A stretch of DNA of 64,000 nt from Glycera tridactyla (GCA_965644265.1 OZ286473.1:31124001-31188000), one strand, 5' to 3'; counted from the first letter of the stretch, positions 1 through 13,253 are shown. Numbers and translations are program-made. Notes: generated by a model not told the origin, from the sequence alone.

Positions 1-1860
1 TGCTGTTATGATCCACTGTAATATGTCCCTATCCACTATGATGGTACTTTGCCTGTCCTATACTTGTTGCACAACTTCATATAGAGATGCAATTGTCTTG
101 TCTTATTCTTTCAAATGGGTGACACCAGATCAATGTGTTGGTCATTGTTTGGTGTCTCACACAGTTGTCTAGATACAGAGACCTTCATCTCTACCTGTCC
201 AAGGTCTCCTGCATTGAGCAATGATTCTTGAATCCCAAGGGTGACTATATCCTTGTTGTTCACATTCTTCAATGTTTCATCACCATCTAGAAAAAAAAAC
301 CATGCTGTATCAGTGATTCAGCTATTCAGGCTTCATCAGTCATCCTTTCTCCATCCTACTGTTCATACACTCATTGTGTGTGTAATCATCCTCTTCATTG
401 TCAATTGTCATGGTCAACAATGTTTTTGTTTGAGAGGACAAAGCAGTCCTCATAATACATGATGATATCCTTGTGATATACCTACCAAACCTCCACATTT
501 CTTCCTTACAGTATTCAGCCACTTTGTAATCTGGTCAACTCCAACTGATTGAGGTGTTGGTCAGTATGTTTCAATACAAAGTTGCCCTCTTGGAATTCAA
601 GAAGGACATATGGTGGGAGAGCAGACTTTTCAGCTAGGTATATAGTACCGAGGCTAGGATAGTTGATATGATCATATCTGAAGGAGAATGGCAGCATACT
701 TTTGAAAACATGTACATGCATTATTGGAACTTCCTATTTTTCAATTTGTTGACCATCTGAACAATGTGTTTAACATCTTTTGATATGATAGTATGTGAGA
801 CATTAACATGTAGTGTGACATCAATTCTAGCTAAGAATGCATGAAGCTGTGGTAGCAACAATTGCCATAGAGTCTGGAAGGTGAGTTTATGTATCCTAAT
901 TGCACTTGCATAACCCTTCCCCGTCACGATAACCTGAGCTGGAGTAGCTCCAATGAGATCACAACCTTCCCTAAGCTCACACAAACCAGAATCACTCATG
1001 TGAAGATCTATCATACCTATGAAGTTCACAGCGATGTGCAGACCTCCAGGGCAAGTTATAAGCACATCCCTGTACTCTTCCACTGACAACTGACAACTCT
1101 ATCAGTTTTGAATTAAGTGCAAATCAGGGCTCTACGTTGCTACCTGTGAGTAGCCAATGGCTACCAAATTTACCCTCTGGTTACCATATTTTGAATGTTC
1201 AGAGCCAGGTACCCCTGAAATTTTTGCAGGAAGTTGAGAATCAACTGTCAAAACATTCAAGATGACAGAGAATAACTCCTGAATGCAATACTTGAGTTGA
1301 TGACTTCATATATAGTTTTCAAGTGTTTTGCTATAGAATACAGCATACATAGCATGCAGAATTTTCATGAAGAATAGGGGTTTTGTTAACTGCTTTGGTA
1401 AATATAAAAACTCTTCTGAAATAATGCAAGGAGGAAATATCATTTTTGAACACAGATTTTCAATCTGCTCTTCCTAAGCATTAGTTTGACAAAATATCTT
1501 TCAGTTGCAGGGCCAATTTTTACAATGTGTGTGCAATTTCAGCATTTTCCTCACATCTAATTAAAAAAATGATTGTGGCAATGACTTCCCCATATAAGAA
1601 AACCTATAAAAGCACATTTCATTCAAGTTCCTACTGTTTCTGTGCAAAAAGTTATGTACAGAAAGAGATTCTAGTGCCGCGGTGGCGGCCATCTTGAATT
1701 TCTCAATTTCGAGGCATTGCGGATCATTTTTGAGCCGGGCATACAGCAGATTTGGATTCAGCACCCTTGATTATCCTTAGAACCACTGTATGCCATAAGT
1801 TAACACGATTTGCCTCCAGGACCTAAAATAAGCACATTTTCTGAAATCCTGCCTAGACTA
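1..1860 (-). mobile_element. Academ-type DNA transposon remnant (one terminus plus decayed transposase), truncated by window edge
   Basis: Minus-strand fragments GGLHIAVNFIGMI..SGL..GKGYASAIRIHKL (721-1089), YDHINY..IYLAE..EFQEGNFV (515-721) and EDDYTHNEC (340-522) resemble the invertebrate transposase family I associate with Academ. Candidate terminus CCTGCCTAGACTA at 1848-1860 (TAGTCTAGGCAGG on minus). Superfamily name is from recall. Confidence 0.55.
340..1089 (-). pseudogene. Frameshifted transposase fragments (Academ-like)
   Basis: Three consecutive ORF pieces in different frames read as one protein in the expected order; stops and frameshifts present. Confidence 0.6.
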
Positions 1861-1864
1861 TTTA

Positions 1865-4200
1865 CTATTTCTGCGTAGGTATACATCTCTGAGCGATCGT
1901 ATCTGAGTGCTCCGGTAATCGGCCACAAAAACGAGTGTTGAGAGAATTATGTATTACGTAATCGGTACATTTCCTCAAATTGTCGTTCATCAGATCATAA
2001 ATCATCTTCAAATTGTGTTAGATTGGATCATTCGATCCTTTTACACAGATCCAATCAGGATTCGTTTGATTATATTGACCTCGAGAGTCAGGATCGGCGA
2101 AGTTAGAAAGCATTTCGAGCAGAGAGGTGGTAGCATAGTGATCTCCAACGGAGATCACAAAAATGGAAGCAGCCAGGTCCACCTTGAGAAAAAACTTTTA
2201 TCTCCCTGTCGAAGTCTGATGAAATCCAGGTCTGCCTCTGTTTACGTAAAGTTCGATTCTCTTTATCTGTCAAGTTCTCAATGCGAGAGAAAAAATGATA
2301 ACCTGACTCAGCTTAAGAAAACTTCCTTGTCACTTTGACGTCAATTGTAATTCATGTCTGACAAGTACTCTCATTTTTTGATGTCGACCGTTTTTCTTCT
2401 CTAGAATGTTTCTAAGGGACAATATTATTGTGAAATTCGGCCTTGAATTTCTCCAGCTCATCACAACAAAATATGAACTTCACCGGGGATATGTTACCTA
2501 TCTCAAAATGGTACCTATGCCTAATCGTCAAGCTTGATAGGTTGCACATATCAATGCCAAAGATGGGCAAGCTGGGCCCTCATGCTGCGTGATCGTAAAT
2601 GGATGATGTTGGAACAATAGCTTCTCAATCCTCCCTACAGCTTTCTGTACTTTGCTGTGGAAAGAGAATCGAACAAGTTAACCTCGAAGGCATTCTCACT
2701 ACACTGATGGACAGTGTCGCATGCTGGCGAATCCCATAAAGAAGTGAGCCCATAATCCCTTGGTCTCTGAGACAGATGGTGACATTCCTATTGTTGGATC
2801 TCTAGGGGTTAGTTTTCATATACATCTGAAAACCATTTTTGAGATATTTGTGATCTTCATGAAGATCACATTCAAATTCTTCGGGGAAGATTGCTGTCAA
2901 TCCATTGTAAAATATCAATGAGATCGAATATCACTAAACTCCCACGTTGCCGTTTCTCATCTGTTAATGTACTCGTCAAAGGTGTAAAGGACTGTAAAGG
3001 GCTGTAAAGGACTTCTGATGATGATCGAGATTGTTTACAGAGGGCTTGTATTCTTTTTAAAGGGATTTGCCCCGATATCATTGAAGTTGAAATTGTACAA
3101 TGAAACTGCCAGTATCATGGGTTGATAATGTGTTTGAAACGCCAGCGATACGATTGCTGCCCTTGCCACATAACCTGAATAATATGAAGATGAACTGCAT
3201 TGAGTCCCATTCTTAGTTGCCAGATGTGTCCAAAAAGTCTGTCAGAGAGAATTATTTGAAAATGGTGCATATTTGTGATGCCATGATGAATGAGAGCGCC
3301 TAATGGAGAATTTATCTATTGATTGCCTCAATCGGCATTTCCTCGAATGACATGAAATTTTGAAATGGGGAGGTGTCTTCAACACAAGCCCCACCTCCCA
3401 ACTGACAGTCCCCATTGATACACATTACATGGCTTCTTTTTTTCCGAGAGGGATGGATCGAGCACATCCTGATTGTACTCCTGCGCACATCACCAGCAAT
3501 ATCGCCCTCTTTCTCAACTTTGTTGTTATAAGTCCAGAAAGACTGTTCACAGATGATTCATCATCGGTATGAAAGCATGAAAGCATGAATTCCATGGTAT
3601 TTCATAGAAGGCACATTTTATTTTCAAATATGATAGGACAATTTCGTATGAGTCACACTAATCGAAAGAGCTGCATTCAGTTGTTATGAACCTAGATAAA
3701 CTGTCAACACATTATCCATCAGTGATATGAAAGCATGAATTCATGGAGATTGAGTGAGATGCAACAATCACTCCCTGGGATTTCACAAGATGCACATTTT
3801 TGAAAAATCAGGGGACTATTTTGTATGCGCAATGGCACTGATTGGAAGAGCTGCATTGATCGGCAATCCACTTCAATAGCCGATTTGCTAAATTTTCATG
3901 ATCAATGGGATTGCTTTTAACACATCAGACTAGATACAGGTAAAACCAATATCATTATACATAGATAAAATGTTCAAGACAGCACTTAGACAGTGGCAAT
4001 TTCACAAAGATGAGATTTGACCATGATGGCATGAGGGAATGCGCATGCAAATTCATCAACAACGTAATCATTAGTATTGAACTTGACAGACATCAGGGAT
4101 TGCCAATAATACGTCACTAGAGATATATAGGATTGCTTCTGCACTGCTGACATGAAAGACGTGGCAATCTGTATATGTCAAAATTGATAAAGCAGTATAA
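1865..4200 (-). pseudogene. Decayed coding sequence of unknown family
   Basis: Long semi-open minus frames, e.g. GDHYATTSLLEML..NLRKCTDYVIHNSLNTRFCGRL. A second diverged copy at ~60985-61250 differs at synonymous third positions in this frame. An internal repeat MQLF..EFMLS.H occurs twice at 3540-3900. Confidence 0.4.
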
Positions 4201-4723
4201 GGAACAGGCAACAAATGATAGAAAGAATGGAGGACAAACCCAGAAATTGGCTCTGAAAAATTGCTGGTAAAATAAGTTGATGTATGCGAACAGCGAATCA
4301 GGTGAACATTAAATATGATCCGTGGAATGTTGAAGAGAAATATAATCTCATTGTCACTGTGAAATATATCCGGTTATGTCTACATGAATGATGTCTATCA
4401 TTGCCGTAATAAATATAGGAAAGGACTGGAGAAATAAATTGAGGAAGAGTTGTTCCGACATATTCGAGGGATAGGGGCGTTTCACTATAGTGTGACAAAG
4501 AAGTGGGTGATATGGTGCCTATTCAAAGGGGTTAATAGCCACAAGTGGAACTTGTGTCTTTGGGAAAAGATACACGAGTAGTGTCTTCTGTGAAACAGGC
4601 CCAGGCAAGCGTAAGTCAATGATGATAGCAACACGTCCAAGTGACGTCTTCAATAACGCATATTACGTGACACGTCTGGCCAACCGCTTGATGACGTCAC
4701 AATTAAATTTCATTCCCTGCGCG

Positions 4724-4770
4724 TATAGTCGAACCTACTTGAGACACCACCTCTATACAAAGGTCACTGG
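4724..4770. mobile_element. Left-end fragment of TA-flanked Tc1/mariner-type MITE
   Basis: TATAGTCGAACC..ACCACCTCTATACAAAGGTCAC resembles the end of the complete copy at 58672-58849. Confidence 0.45.
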
Positions 4771-4774
4771 CCCG

Positions 4775-5320
4775 CTGACTGAATCCCTGACTGCCTGACT
4801 GCCTGTCTGGCTGCCTGACTGACTGACTGACTAAATGACTGACTGCCTGACTGCCTGACTGGCTGCCTGACTGACTGACTGCATGACTGACTGACTGACT
4901 GACTGGCTGACGAACTGACTGACTGACTGATTGACTGAATAAATGAATGACTAGCTGGCTGGCTGACTGACTGACTGACTGACTGACTGACTGACTGACT
5001 GACTGCCTAACCGACTGACTGACTGACTGACTGACTGACTGACTGCCTGGATGAATGACTGACTANNNNNNNNNNNNNNNNNNNNNNNNNNNNNNNNNNN
5101 NNNNNNNNNNNNNNNNNNNNNNNNNNNNNNNNNNNNNNNNNNNNNNNNNNNNNNNNNNNNNNNNNNNNNNNNNNNNNNNNNNNNNNNNNNNNNNNNNNNN
5201 NNNNNNNNNNNNNNNNNNNNNNNNNNNNNAATGACTGGCTGGCTGCCTAGCTGACTCACTGACTGACTAACTGACTGACTCACTGACTGACTGACTCACT
5301 GACTGACTGACTAGCTGACT

Positions 5321-5353
<33 letters not shown>

Positions 5354-5570
5354 GCTGACTGACTGACTGCATGAATGACTGGCTGGCTGGCTGGCTGACT
5401 GACTAGATGAAAGACTGGCTTTCTGACCGATTCATCGACTGACTGACTGACTGGCTGATTTACTGGCTAGCCGACTGGCTGGTATACTCGCCGACTGAAC
5501 GACTGCCTGGCTGAATGACAAACTTGGTTTTTGATTGACTGACTGACGGACTGACTAACTGACTGACAGA
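4775..5570. repeat. (GACT)n/(GGCT)n microsatellite spanning an assembly gap
   Basis: Direct observation; N-run 5066-5229. Confidence 0.95.
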
Positions 5571-6219
5571 AGGGCTGAGTGGTGGGGACAACAAATACCC
5601 TCACAAACGTGACTGATCCCTATGGACAGGTTTGACGGTACACAGGAATCACACTCAGGTCACGCAGAGTGTCATCGGATGTACGGATAATGCGACCGCA
5701 TCGAATGCTCAATCTAGTCACCAATCCAGGCATAGAACCTGCTCAGCATTGTATAACAGTGGATTTGTGAAGGGAATGTGGGTGACTGTGCCTATCTCCA
5801 ATAGAACCGGTAAGTGAGTCCACAGTGTGCCCCAAATTGCGGGTTTGGTCTTGCAGCTCTCCCTTACTAGTCCCCGGAAATGGATTGATGGAAGAGCCAT
5901 GTACATGCCCCCTCCCCCTCCAACATAGCCTATAGTCAACACCGAACTTTCTATGCTGCAGCATCTTCTCTCTTCAAAACTCCAACGTATTTCTCTCCTA
6001 ATTGCTGTAATTAGTGATACAAACCAGCATCCAACCCGGAATTAAGAGGTGCTTTCTGTAGCGCAACCGTCCCTGCCTCTTGTATGGGCGGACATGAGCC
6101 CATCAGAACCTTTCAAGGTAGATCTAGAAGTAGAAGCATTGCGAAGTAAACTCAGTTCAAGTTGTTTAGGTGTTTTTGTTGCAGGATCATGCTGCGATGT
6201 GGAGAAATGATGGCATCTC

Positions 6220-6500
6220 GTACCTGTCATAGACAGGAGAAGCCACAAAGTGTCTATTACATATAACAGAAGCCACAACGTGCCTGACACAGACAGAAGA
6301 AGCAACAAAGTGCCTGCCATGGACAGAAGGAGCCAAAAAGTGCCTGTCATGAACAGCAGAAGCCACAAACGCCTGTCAAGGACAGCAAAAGCCACACAGA
6401 GCCTGTTACAGACAGCAGAAGCCGCAAAGTGCCTGTAACACGCAGCAGAATCCGCAAAGTGCCTGTTCCAGACAGCAGAAGCGACAAAGTGCCTGTTAAC
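6220..6500. repeat. 30-bp minisatellite, ~9 diverged units
   Basis: Consensus GTGCCTGTCATAGACAGCAGAAGCCACAAA repeated in tandem. Confidence 0.9.
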
Positions 6501-6787
6501 ATAACATAACACAACATAACATATCTTTTTCAAGCACCATCTGAGCTATATTGAAACGCCCACACGATGGATAGAAGTGGTTTCATTCGATACTCCTCCT
6601 TCTGAATCTTCAGCGAATGGTGTAATTTCTGGATGATATGCAGTTGAGGGGGGGGGGGGGTGTCTATTCGTTGATGTGACACCTTGTAGCTACTATCAGG
6701 AACAATAGCTCCTCTTTATTTGCAAGATGACTGATACAATGATCCAATCATAATTCATGATGTAGATCAATTGAACATGAACACGTT

Positions 6788-7140
6788 CCGGGGTTCCCTC
6801 TATAGATTAGCGCGTTAGCTATAGCTAATTTGTCAAGTCAAATGCTAAAAAAAAATTGATTTGCTGAAATGATCTGCTAAAGTAATTTTCAATCCTGATG
6901 GCAGAAATGTGGTGGTGGGGAATTATTGTGGATGAATTGTTCCCTAATTCCATTTGTTTTAGTGAAAAAAAATGCGAAGGAAATTTATTTGGCAAGAGAA
7001 TGCCAATAATTTTCCATATGGGTAAACTGATTCCATGAGATGCTTTCTGATCCCAACATGGTGCTTTCTAGATTGCTAAAGAAAATTCCATTTTGCTAAA
7101 ATCATCCGCTGAAAGGTTTTTCTTCCAAGAGGGAACCCAG
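6788..7140. mobile_element. ~350-bp MITE with 13-bp TIRs
   Basis: CCGGGTTCCCTCT (6788-6800) and AGAGGGAACCCAG (7128-7140), flanked on both sides by CGTT. Diverged second copy at 22837-23188. Confidence 0.7.
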
Positions 7141-7429
7141 CGTTCCCTGATCACATCAGAGACGACGATTAGCACATGCTCGCCCAAGATTTCCAACAAC
7201 CATTCTCTACCGAAAATCATTGGTTCTGATTTGACAGCCCCCCCCCCCCTCCGATGTTGAGCTCTAAACACGCAGAGAGGCATGAGCTACATACCACCCG
7301 GGCTGAGTGGTGGTGTGAGCGCCTATCTGGGATTTGGAAACAATGGTCCTAGGTTAGCAGTGGCACTATAATAAGTGACTACAGAAACCAGCTACACTGC
7401 TACCCCTCCTCAGCATACACACACATGCA

Positions 7430-7585
7430 AGCACAAGGAAGCAGGTTCAAATTTTCAATCACGGGTGGAGGTTCGCGCCTCGCCGAGATTAGGCCTGTCA
7501 CCCATTAATAGTAAACAGCAGCACAGGGAAGATCAGCACCTCCAGACTCTGACAGTGGTACATGACTGAGATCAGTCAAAACAGT
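7430..7585. repeat. Dispersed repeat; inverted copy at ~43243-43390
   Basis: CCTGTCACCCAT..CAGCAGCAC..CTCTGACAGTGGTAC..GACTGAGATCAGTCAAAACAGTC matches the reverse complement of 43244-43340. Confidence 0.75.
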
Positions 7586-9360
7586 CAAACAGCAACATCT
7601 CCCATGGATGGGTCACCCTCAAACTCTTATCAAAGCTGAGGCCCATCCCACCTCTCAAAGGCCCAGTGTCTATTTCACCTCCCTCTGGATCCACTTGGAC
7701 GGCATTCGAACATGATGAAGTAGAACTTCATGTACATATATTTGCTCGTGCTATGACCTTGTGTGATTTTTAACGCTTAGAAGTCACTATTGGTATGTTC
7801 TAAAACCTGCAATACTGCTTCGTGTCACCAAAGGGAAGCGTATCCTTAGGTGGGAAACAAGTTCACCTCATGTATAATCTGGTGTATTAGATGTTTATTC
7901 CGACATATTGATATTTCTGAAATACCAGGTGGTAATAATCGCTTTGATATATTTGGGGACAGATAGCCTATCTTTTGGGGTGGAGGAAGTAGGATCGCAG
8001 GTGGTGGGTCTCTCTGATGAATCATTTTTCGATTGCTGACTGTACCACGCTGATCTCTCTCTTGTCACTGAGATAGAATCACTCATCACTTATTATACTT
8101 ATCACTCATCATGAAATCAATTTTATAAATACAAAGCTTACATAACCTAGGTACGTGCAGATGATTCATCAGCACTTCATTCAAATTACCCGATTCGAAA
8201 ACAATCAAGTTGCAATTGAATTACCATCTCGCCCTATCATCGATCATCATGGATCTTCATAGAAAACCCTTTACAAAATGACGTCACGTATGAGCTTCTA
8301 TTTTTATCCCGAAGGAATATCAATCACATGTAAGAGTCTGTAGAATACCGCCTTTTGAGTCGCCGTTATCTTAGGAGAACAGAACACAACTCGCGTCCAT
8401 TTGAAGTTCCGGACCCGGAGGACGTAGAAGGTTGTACATGACACAGTTCGCGCCCTCTCGCGGCTTACAGCAACATCTGACGAGCGCCATCTGCCGTTTC
8501 GCGTGTTAACTAGATAGGGCCACCTGACCTTTCACTGTTGGTATCATCTGGGGATCTCGGATCATCCTGTCCACACGCTATGCCGCTTCCGGGTGACCCA
8601 ACATCAAGTCAATCAGAAAACGACATTATTTCCCCGATATATATTCTGACCGGAAGATATATCTCACCAACATAATCACCGAGTCATGCTTTACTAGAAT
8701 CTCATGTTTTTATCAATACATGTCATCCCAACTAAGTACTGCTCTGTTGAAGCCAGTCATTTATTCTTCTATACTAACTAAAGAAATCAAACAAAGAATA
8801 ACAATATAACCCAACATGCAATCCATTGCCTCCAGACAGATATGAGAATCCGGCTTTCTTCATTGACTTGCATTTTGCTTTATGACGGTGATGAGATCTT
8901 TTGATGTCATTTCAGCCATATTTTTCCATCTTTTTGGGGTATTTGATTTGGTTTTGATCATTTTTATCCAGAGCTGGGCCTCCTGGCTATGATCGTAGGT
9001 TGACTGACAAGCACGCACGTTCTCGACAACATGTCATGGTGGGGAGACGTCCATAGAGGACAAAACAATCATCACTATGGCATGCCATCACTTGTGCCTC
9101 GCCCAAACGGAGCCACTGAGATAGAAAGCAATTATTCAGACTTCAACCTACCAATTCAACTCTATATTGGTCAACTTTGGTGGAAAGGATAGGCTTCATG
9201 CGACTTCATAATTGCTTAAGTTTTCACAAAGTCTTTATAAAGCCGTATGACGCCTTGTGATGCTTCATGCAGCCGTTTGAAAGCAATGATTCAGACTCAA
9301 AACAAACAATATATGTATACTTAGAAATATATATATAAACATATCGGTCAATTTTGATGA

Positions 9361-9902
9361 AACTAGAACTGTAATCCAGAGGATGAATAATCCCCCCCCC
9401 CCCCTTCACTCACTCCAGCCAATGTGAACTTGTGAGCACCACATTCAAGATGACAGCCTAAGGTTTGGGTATGGTAGCCATAGTGAACCAACAGGTAGCA
9501 ATGTAGAGTGCAAGCATGCATGGATGCACACACCCACACATACATGTACATATACACACTCAGGCAGACAAATATTGGATTCAGCCCTTGCACAGCTGGT
9601 TATCAAAGTAGGAGTGAGATATTGCTCTATGATGAAATCGACAAGGAGTAACATAATACAGGAAAGAACAACAGAACCCCTCGTCAGTTACCGAGAGTCT
9701 TACAAAAGAATGAGGTCAAAGCCAGGAGAAGTGCGTGTTCATTACAGTCTAATACAATAGAGAGTGGGAGAGAGCAACTGAGCCAGGTAGAGTTTAGCTG
9801 TCTCAAAATATGTCAAAAACTGCACGTAGAAACCATCAAATGACAGAAAATCAAAAGCCACAGGGTCGAACAAATATGTCTCTGCACACCTACCCCTCAT
9901 GG
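9361..9902 (+). mobile_element. Probable left part of a Helentron-type non-autonomous element (HINE) interrupted by the LINE
   Basis: Begins AACTAGAAC..ATCCCCCC like other HINE starts in the window. Ends in core-like CTGCACACCTACCCCTCAT at the LINE tail. Confidence 0.35.
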
Positions 9903-10264
9903 TTTTGTTTTTGTTTTTAACACTTTATTTAAATTCGTCATATACAGTTGGGTACAATATGTACACATCTTCAGGATGACGACGAACATATCATACAATC
10001 AAATACGAAAATGTAAGATGATATATACAGGTAATTATGATATGATATGATGGATGATAATGAAAGAAGACCCATTTCAGAGATAACTATGTAATATGCA
10101 TTATTTATGTTAGCTATATAGCAATCCGTGGTAACAACGATAGATATTTCTAAAATAGAGGCTTCTAACCATTAAGATTTGAATTTGTATTCAAAATTTT
10201 GATTTTACAATTTCACACTTTCTTATCCCCAAACTCTCTCCTATAAGTGGTATAACTTAAATTT

Positions 10265-13253
10265 CTAGAAGTCTATAAATCTCAATTCCTTCATAAAATT
10301 TTTGAACGCCTGCATTTCTAGATCGCAACTATCTGGATATTTCGATATATGATCGTTCCAAGAGATTGCTGTTCTTATCCTAAAATTTCGCTCACTCATC
10401 TTATATTTAACCTTTGGCTGAGTGATATATGGTCGGGTTCTTCCACGAGTATTATGAGAATGATCATATTCCGCTAATTCACAAATGGGGATTGAATTGA
10501 ATTTTCCAAAAAGTTCCTTTCTGACGTGCAAGATTTCATGTTCCCTTCGTCTATGGTTCAAAAATGTATTTCCAAATTCGAATGAAGAAGCTTAGTATTG
10601 TATCTTCTCGGTCGTCTGTCTATGTATCTTAGAGCCATATTTTGTAATCTTTGGAGTTTGAATGAATCACGTTGGCCTAAACAATTATGAATAATATCTC
10701 CGGAGTCAAACAGAGGTAATATAAGGATTTTATATAACATCAAAGATACATCACGATTTATCACTTGGCGTAGATGCCCCAAAACTCCTATTTTCCCAAT
10801 GGTCTTGCTTCTTATATATGATACGTGGTGTTTAAAACTTAGGGTCGAATCAAGTACCATACCCAAATATTTCACAGTTTCAGGGTGACCTAAAGATATG
10901 TTATTCAAGCATACATTCATATCTTGGAAGTTTTTCAGCGCGTGTGGCTGTCCAAAAATCATATACGACGTTTTCTTAAGATTTAATGAAAGTCGATTCA
11001 TGATCAACCAATTTGATACGGAGATAAGCAATCTATCGAGCTTATTTTCTAGACGTATCGGATCATTTTCTGATATGCTGATAGCCATATCGTCTGCATA
11101 TAGCTTGGTGGACAGCCCCACTGTAACATTCATAAATTCATTTTCACCATATAAATTAAACATCGTATTGTCATTGTCATTGAGTGCAGGGCCCCTCAAG
11201 TATCTCGGAAGGTCATTGATATATATATACTGAAAAGAAGTGGTCCTAATATCGAGCCCTGAGGGACCCCACACTCAATTTCAAGCTTGGGTGAGGTTTG
11301 CGAATTGACACAGGTTTCACAGAATCTGTTATGTAAGTAATCACCTATCCATACACAAGCGGTTGCATCGAGACCATATCGTGATAATTTTCTCAACAAG
11401 AGCGCATGGCCCACCGTGTCAAAAGCCTTCTTTAGGTCCAGAAAGATCGCTCCAGTGACACTACCCTGCCCAATTTCCCTGTATATATTGTCCAGGAACT
11501 CAAGCAGGCAAGTGCCAGTGGAGCGACCCTTCCTAAAACCAGACTGCTCCTGCACAGTAGACTCATGCGCTCTATATATCCATACAATTGGTCATGAATT
11601 ATTCTTTCTAATAGTTTACTAGTAGAAGAAAGTAAGCTTATTGGCCTATAATTACCTGGAGATGATTTGCTGCCTTCTTTATATAGGGGGATGGCTGTTG
11701 CTATTTTCCAAATTTTGGGGAATTTACCTTCTGTAATGCTCCTATTGAATAAATATACAAAAATTGGAGTCAAACTGTTCTTGCATTTCGAAATCACTTT
11801 GGCAGGCAGCCCATCACCACTTCCAGATTTTGATACATTTAATCGATCTATTGCATCCAGGACATGGGTAGCATCTATAGTTTTAAGTGACATGGTATTT
11901 TCCAAGTTATATGGGAAGTCGTTCAGAGGATCGATAGTAGAGACTGGTATGGCTTCTACTAGGTTTGATCCGACAGCGGCAAAATGCTCATTCAGGATTT
12001 TCGGAATAATTTCAGGGTCCGTTTCATCGTTTATCTTTGATATATTAGATGACGAGTTTTTGTCCTTCCAAAAGTGCCGAATCGTTTTCCACAAAGATTT
12101 CATATCCGTATCCGCCTCAGCTAATTTGTTTTCAAAGAATGTTCGTTGTAGGGAAATTTTAAGTTTATTTGTTTGATTTGATAGTTCTTTTATCTTCGTT
12201 GCATTTTCAATGGTCGGGTTTAGTCTGAAATTGTTGCTGGCATTTTCCCGCTCTCAGATCAAATCCAAATAACCTCCTGTCATCCAATCTGGAGCTCCCT
12301 CTCTCACAGTGTACTTCTTTATAGGAATATTCTTATTTACTATATCACACAAAATCACAAATGTTCTATCTGAACAATCATCAAGAGAGGTAATGTCATT
12401 CAACACCTCCGACCAACCTATATTTTCAATCTCATCTTGAATCATTTCATAATTAGCTTTCTTATAGTTTCTCAAGTACAGGTTTACTCTTTTCCGGGAC
12501 TGTCTGGCCTTCTTTCTAGTAGTAAAGATAAGGGCGTGGTCAGACAAACCCAGGTCCACTGCCCCAGCCATTCTATAATTTAATGAATTTGATACAAAGA
12601 TATGATCCAGATTTGAACTCCATGTTTGTGTAACTCTGGTCGGGACCTCAATGAGTTGTTTCAATTTATTGGCAGAACAGAATTCATTTATTAGACTTTT
12701 AGATGCCCCTCCTTTAGATGTATCAAGATTATCATCCCCTATGATTACAAGATCACTGATACCCATACTTGTAATATGTATCAAGATTATCATCCCCTAT
12801 GATTACAAGATCACTGATACCCATACTTGTAATATCGACAATTTTATTCTCTAATATTTCTATCGCATTTTTAGCATTACCAGAAGGTGGGCGATAAATG
12901 CCGCATATATAGGACGGTCGGGTGTGTGGCAGGTGCATTTTCATCCATAGACATTCTAAATCAGCATTACTGAGGAACCAATCAATCATGCATCCTAATC
13001 TACGATCTTCCCTATAATAAACCATGAGCCCACCGCCTCCTCTCACTCCACTCCCACCATCTTGATCATATCGTTCAAACTTATATCCCAGAATATACAA
13101 TTCCTCATTGTTGATAGAGTAATTTAGAAATGTTTCACTTAGAATTGAGATATTTAGACCGCTATCTTCAAGTAATAGCTGGACGTCTGATAACTTACGG
13201 ATGATACTTCTAATGTTTAAATATCCGATGCTCACTCCATTCAATAATTTCAA
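10265..13253 (-). pseudogene. LINE ORF2: APE endonuclease plus reverse transcriptase (few lesions)
   Basis: APE motifs YLNIRS, LSETFL, YRPP, GDDN, LDHIF, SDH. RT motifs NYRPISLL, QSGFR, FLDLKKAFDTV, GVPQGSILGPLLF, YADD, KYLG. Lesions: in-frame TGA at 12254, 58-bp tandem duplication 12720-12835, 2-bp (AT) slip near 11220, further frameshifts near 11550 and 10560. Confidence 0.95.

Noticed and set aside
1915-1985. NSL(Y/N)T.F as family-B DNA polymerase motif B (Polinton/adintovirus)
   Set aside because: The upstream invariant Lys spacing and the YG of NSxYG are missing, and no other PolB motifs are seen.
7870-8060. Possible decayed APE endonuclease fragment (DISEIPG..FDIFGDR..GGG)
   Set aside because: Only a vague motif resemblance with many stops; cannot be supported without a search.
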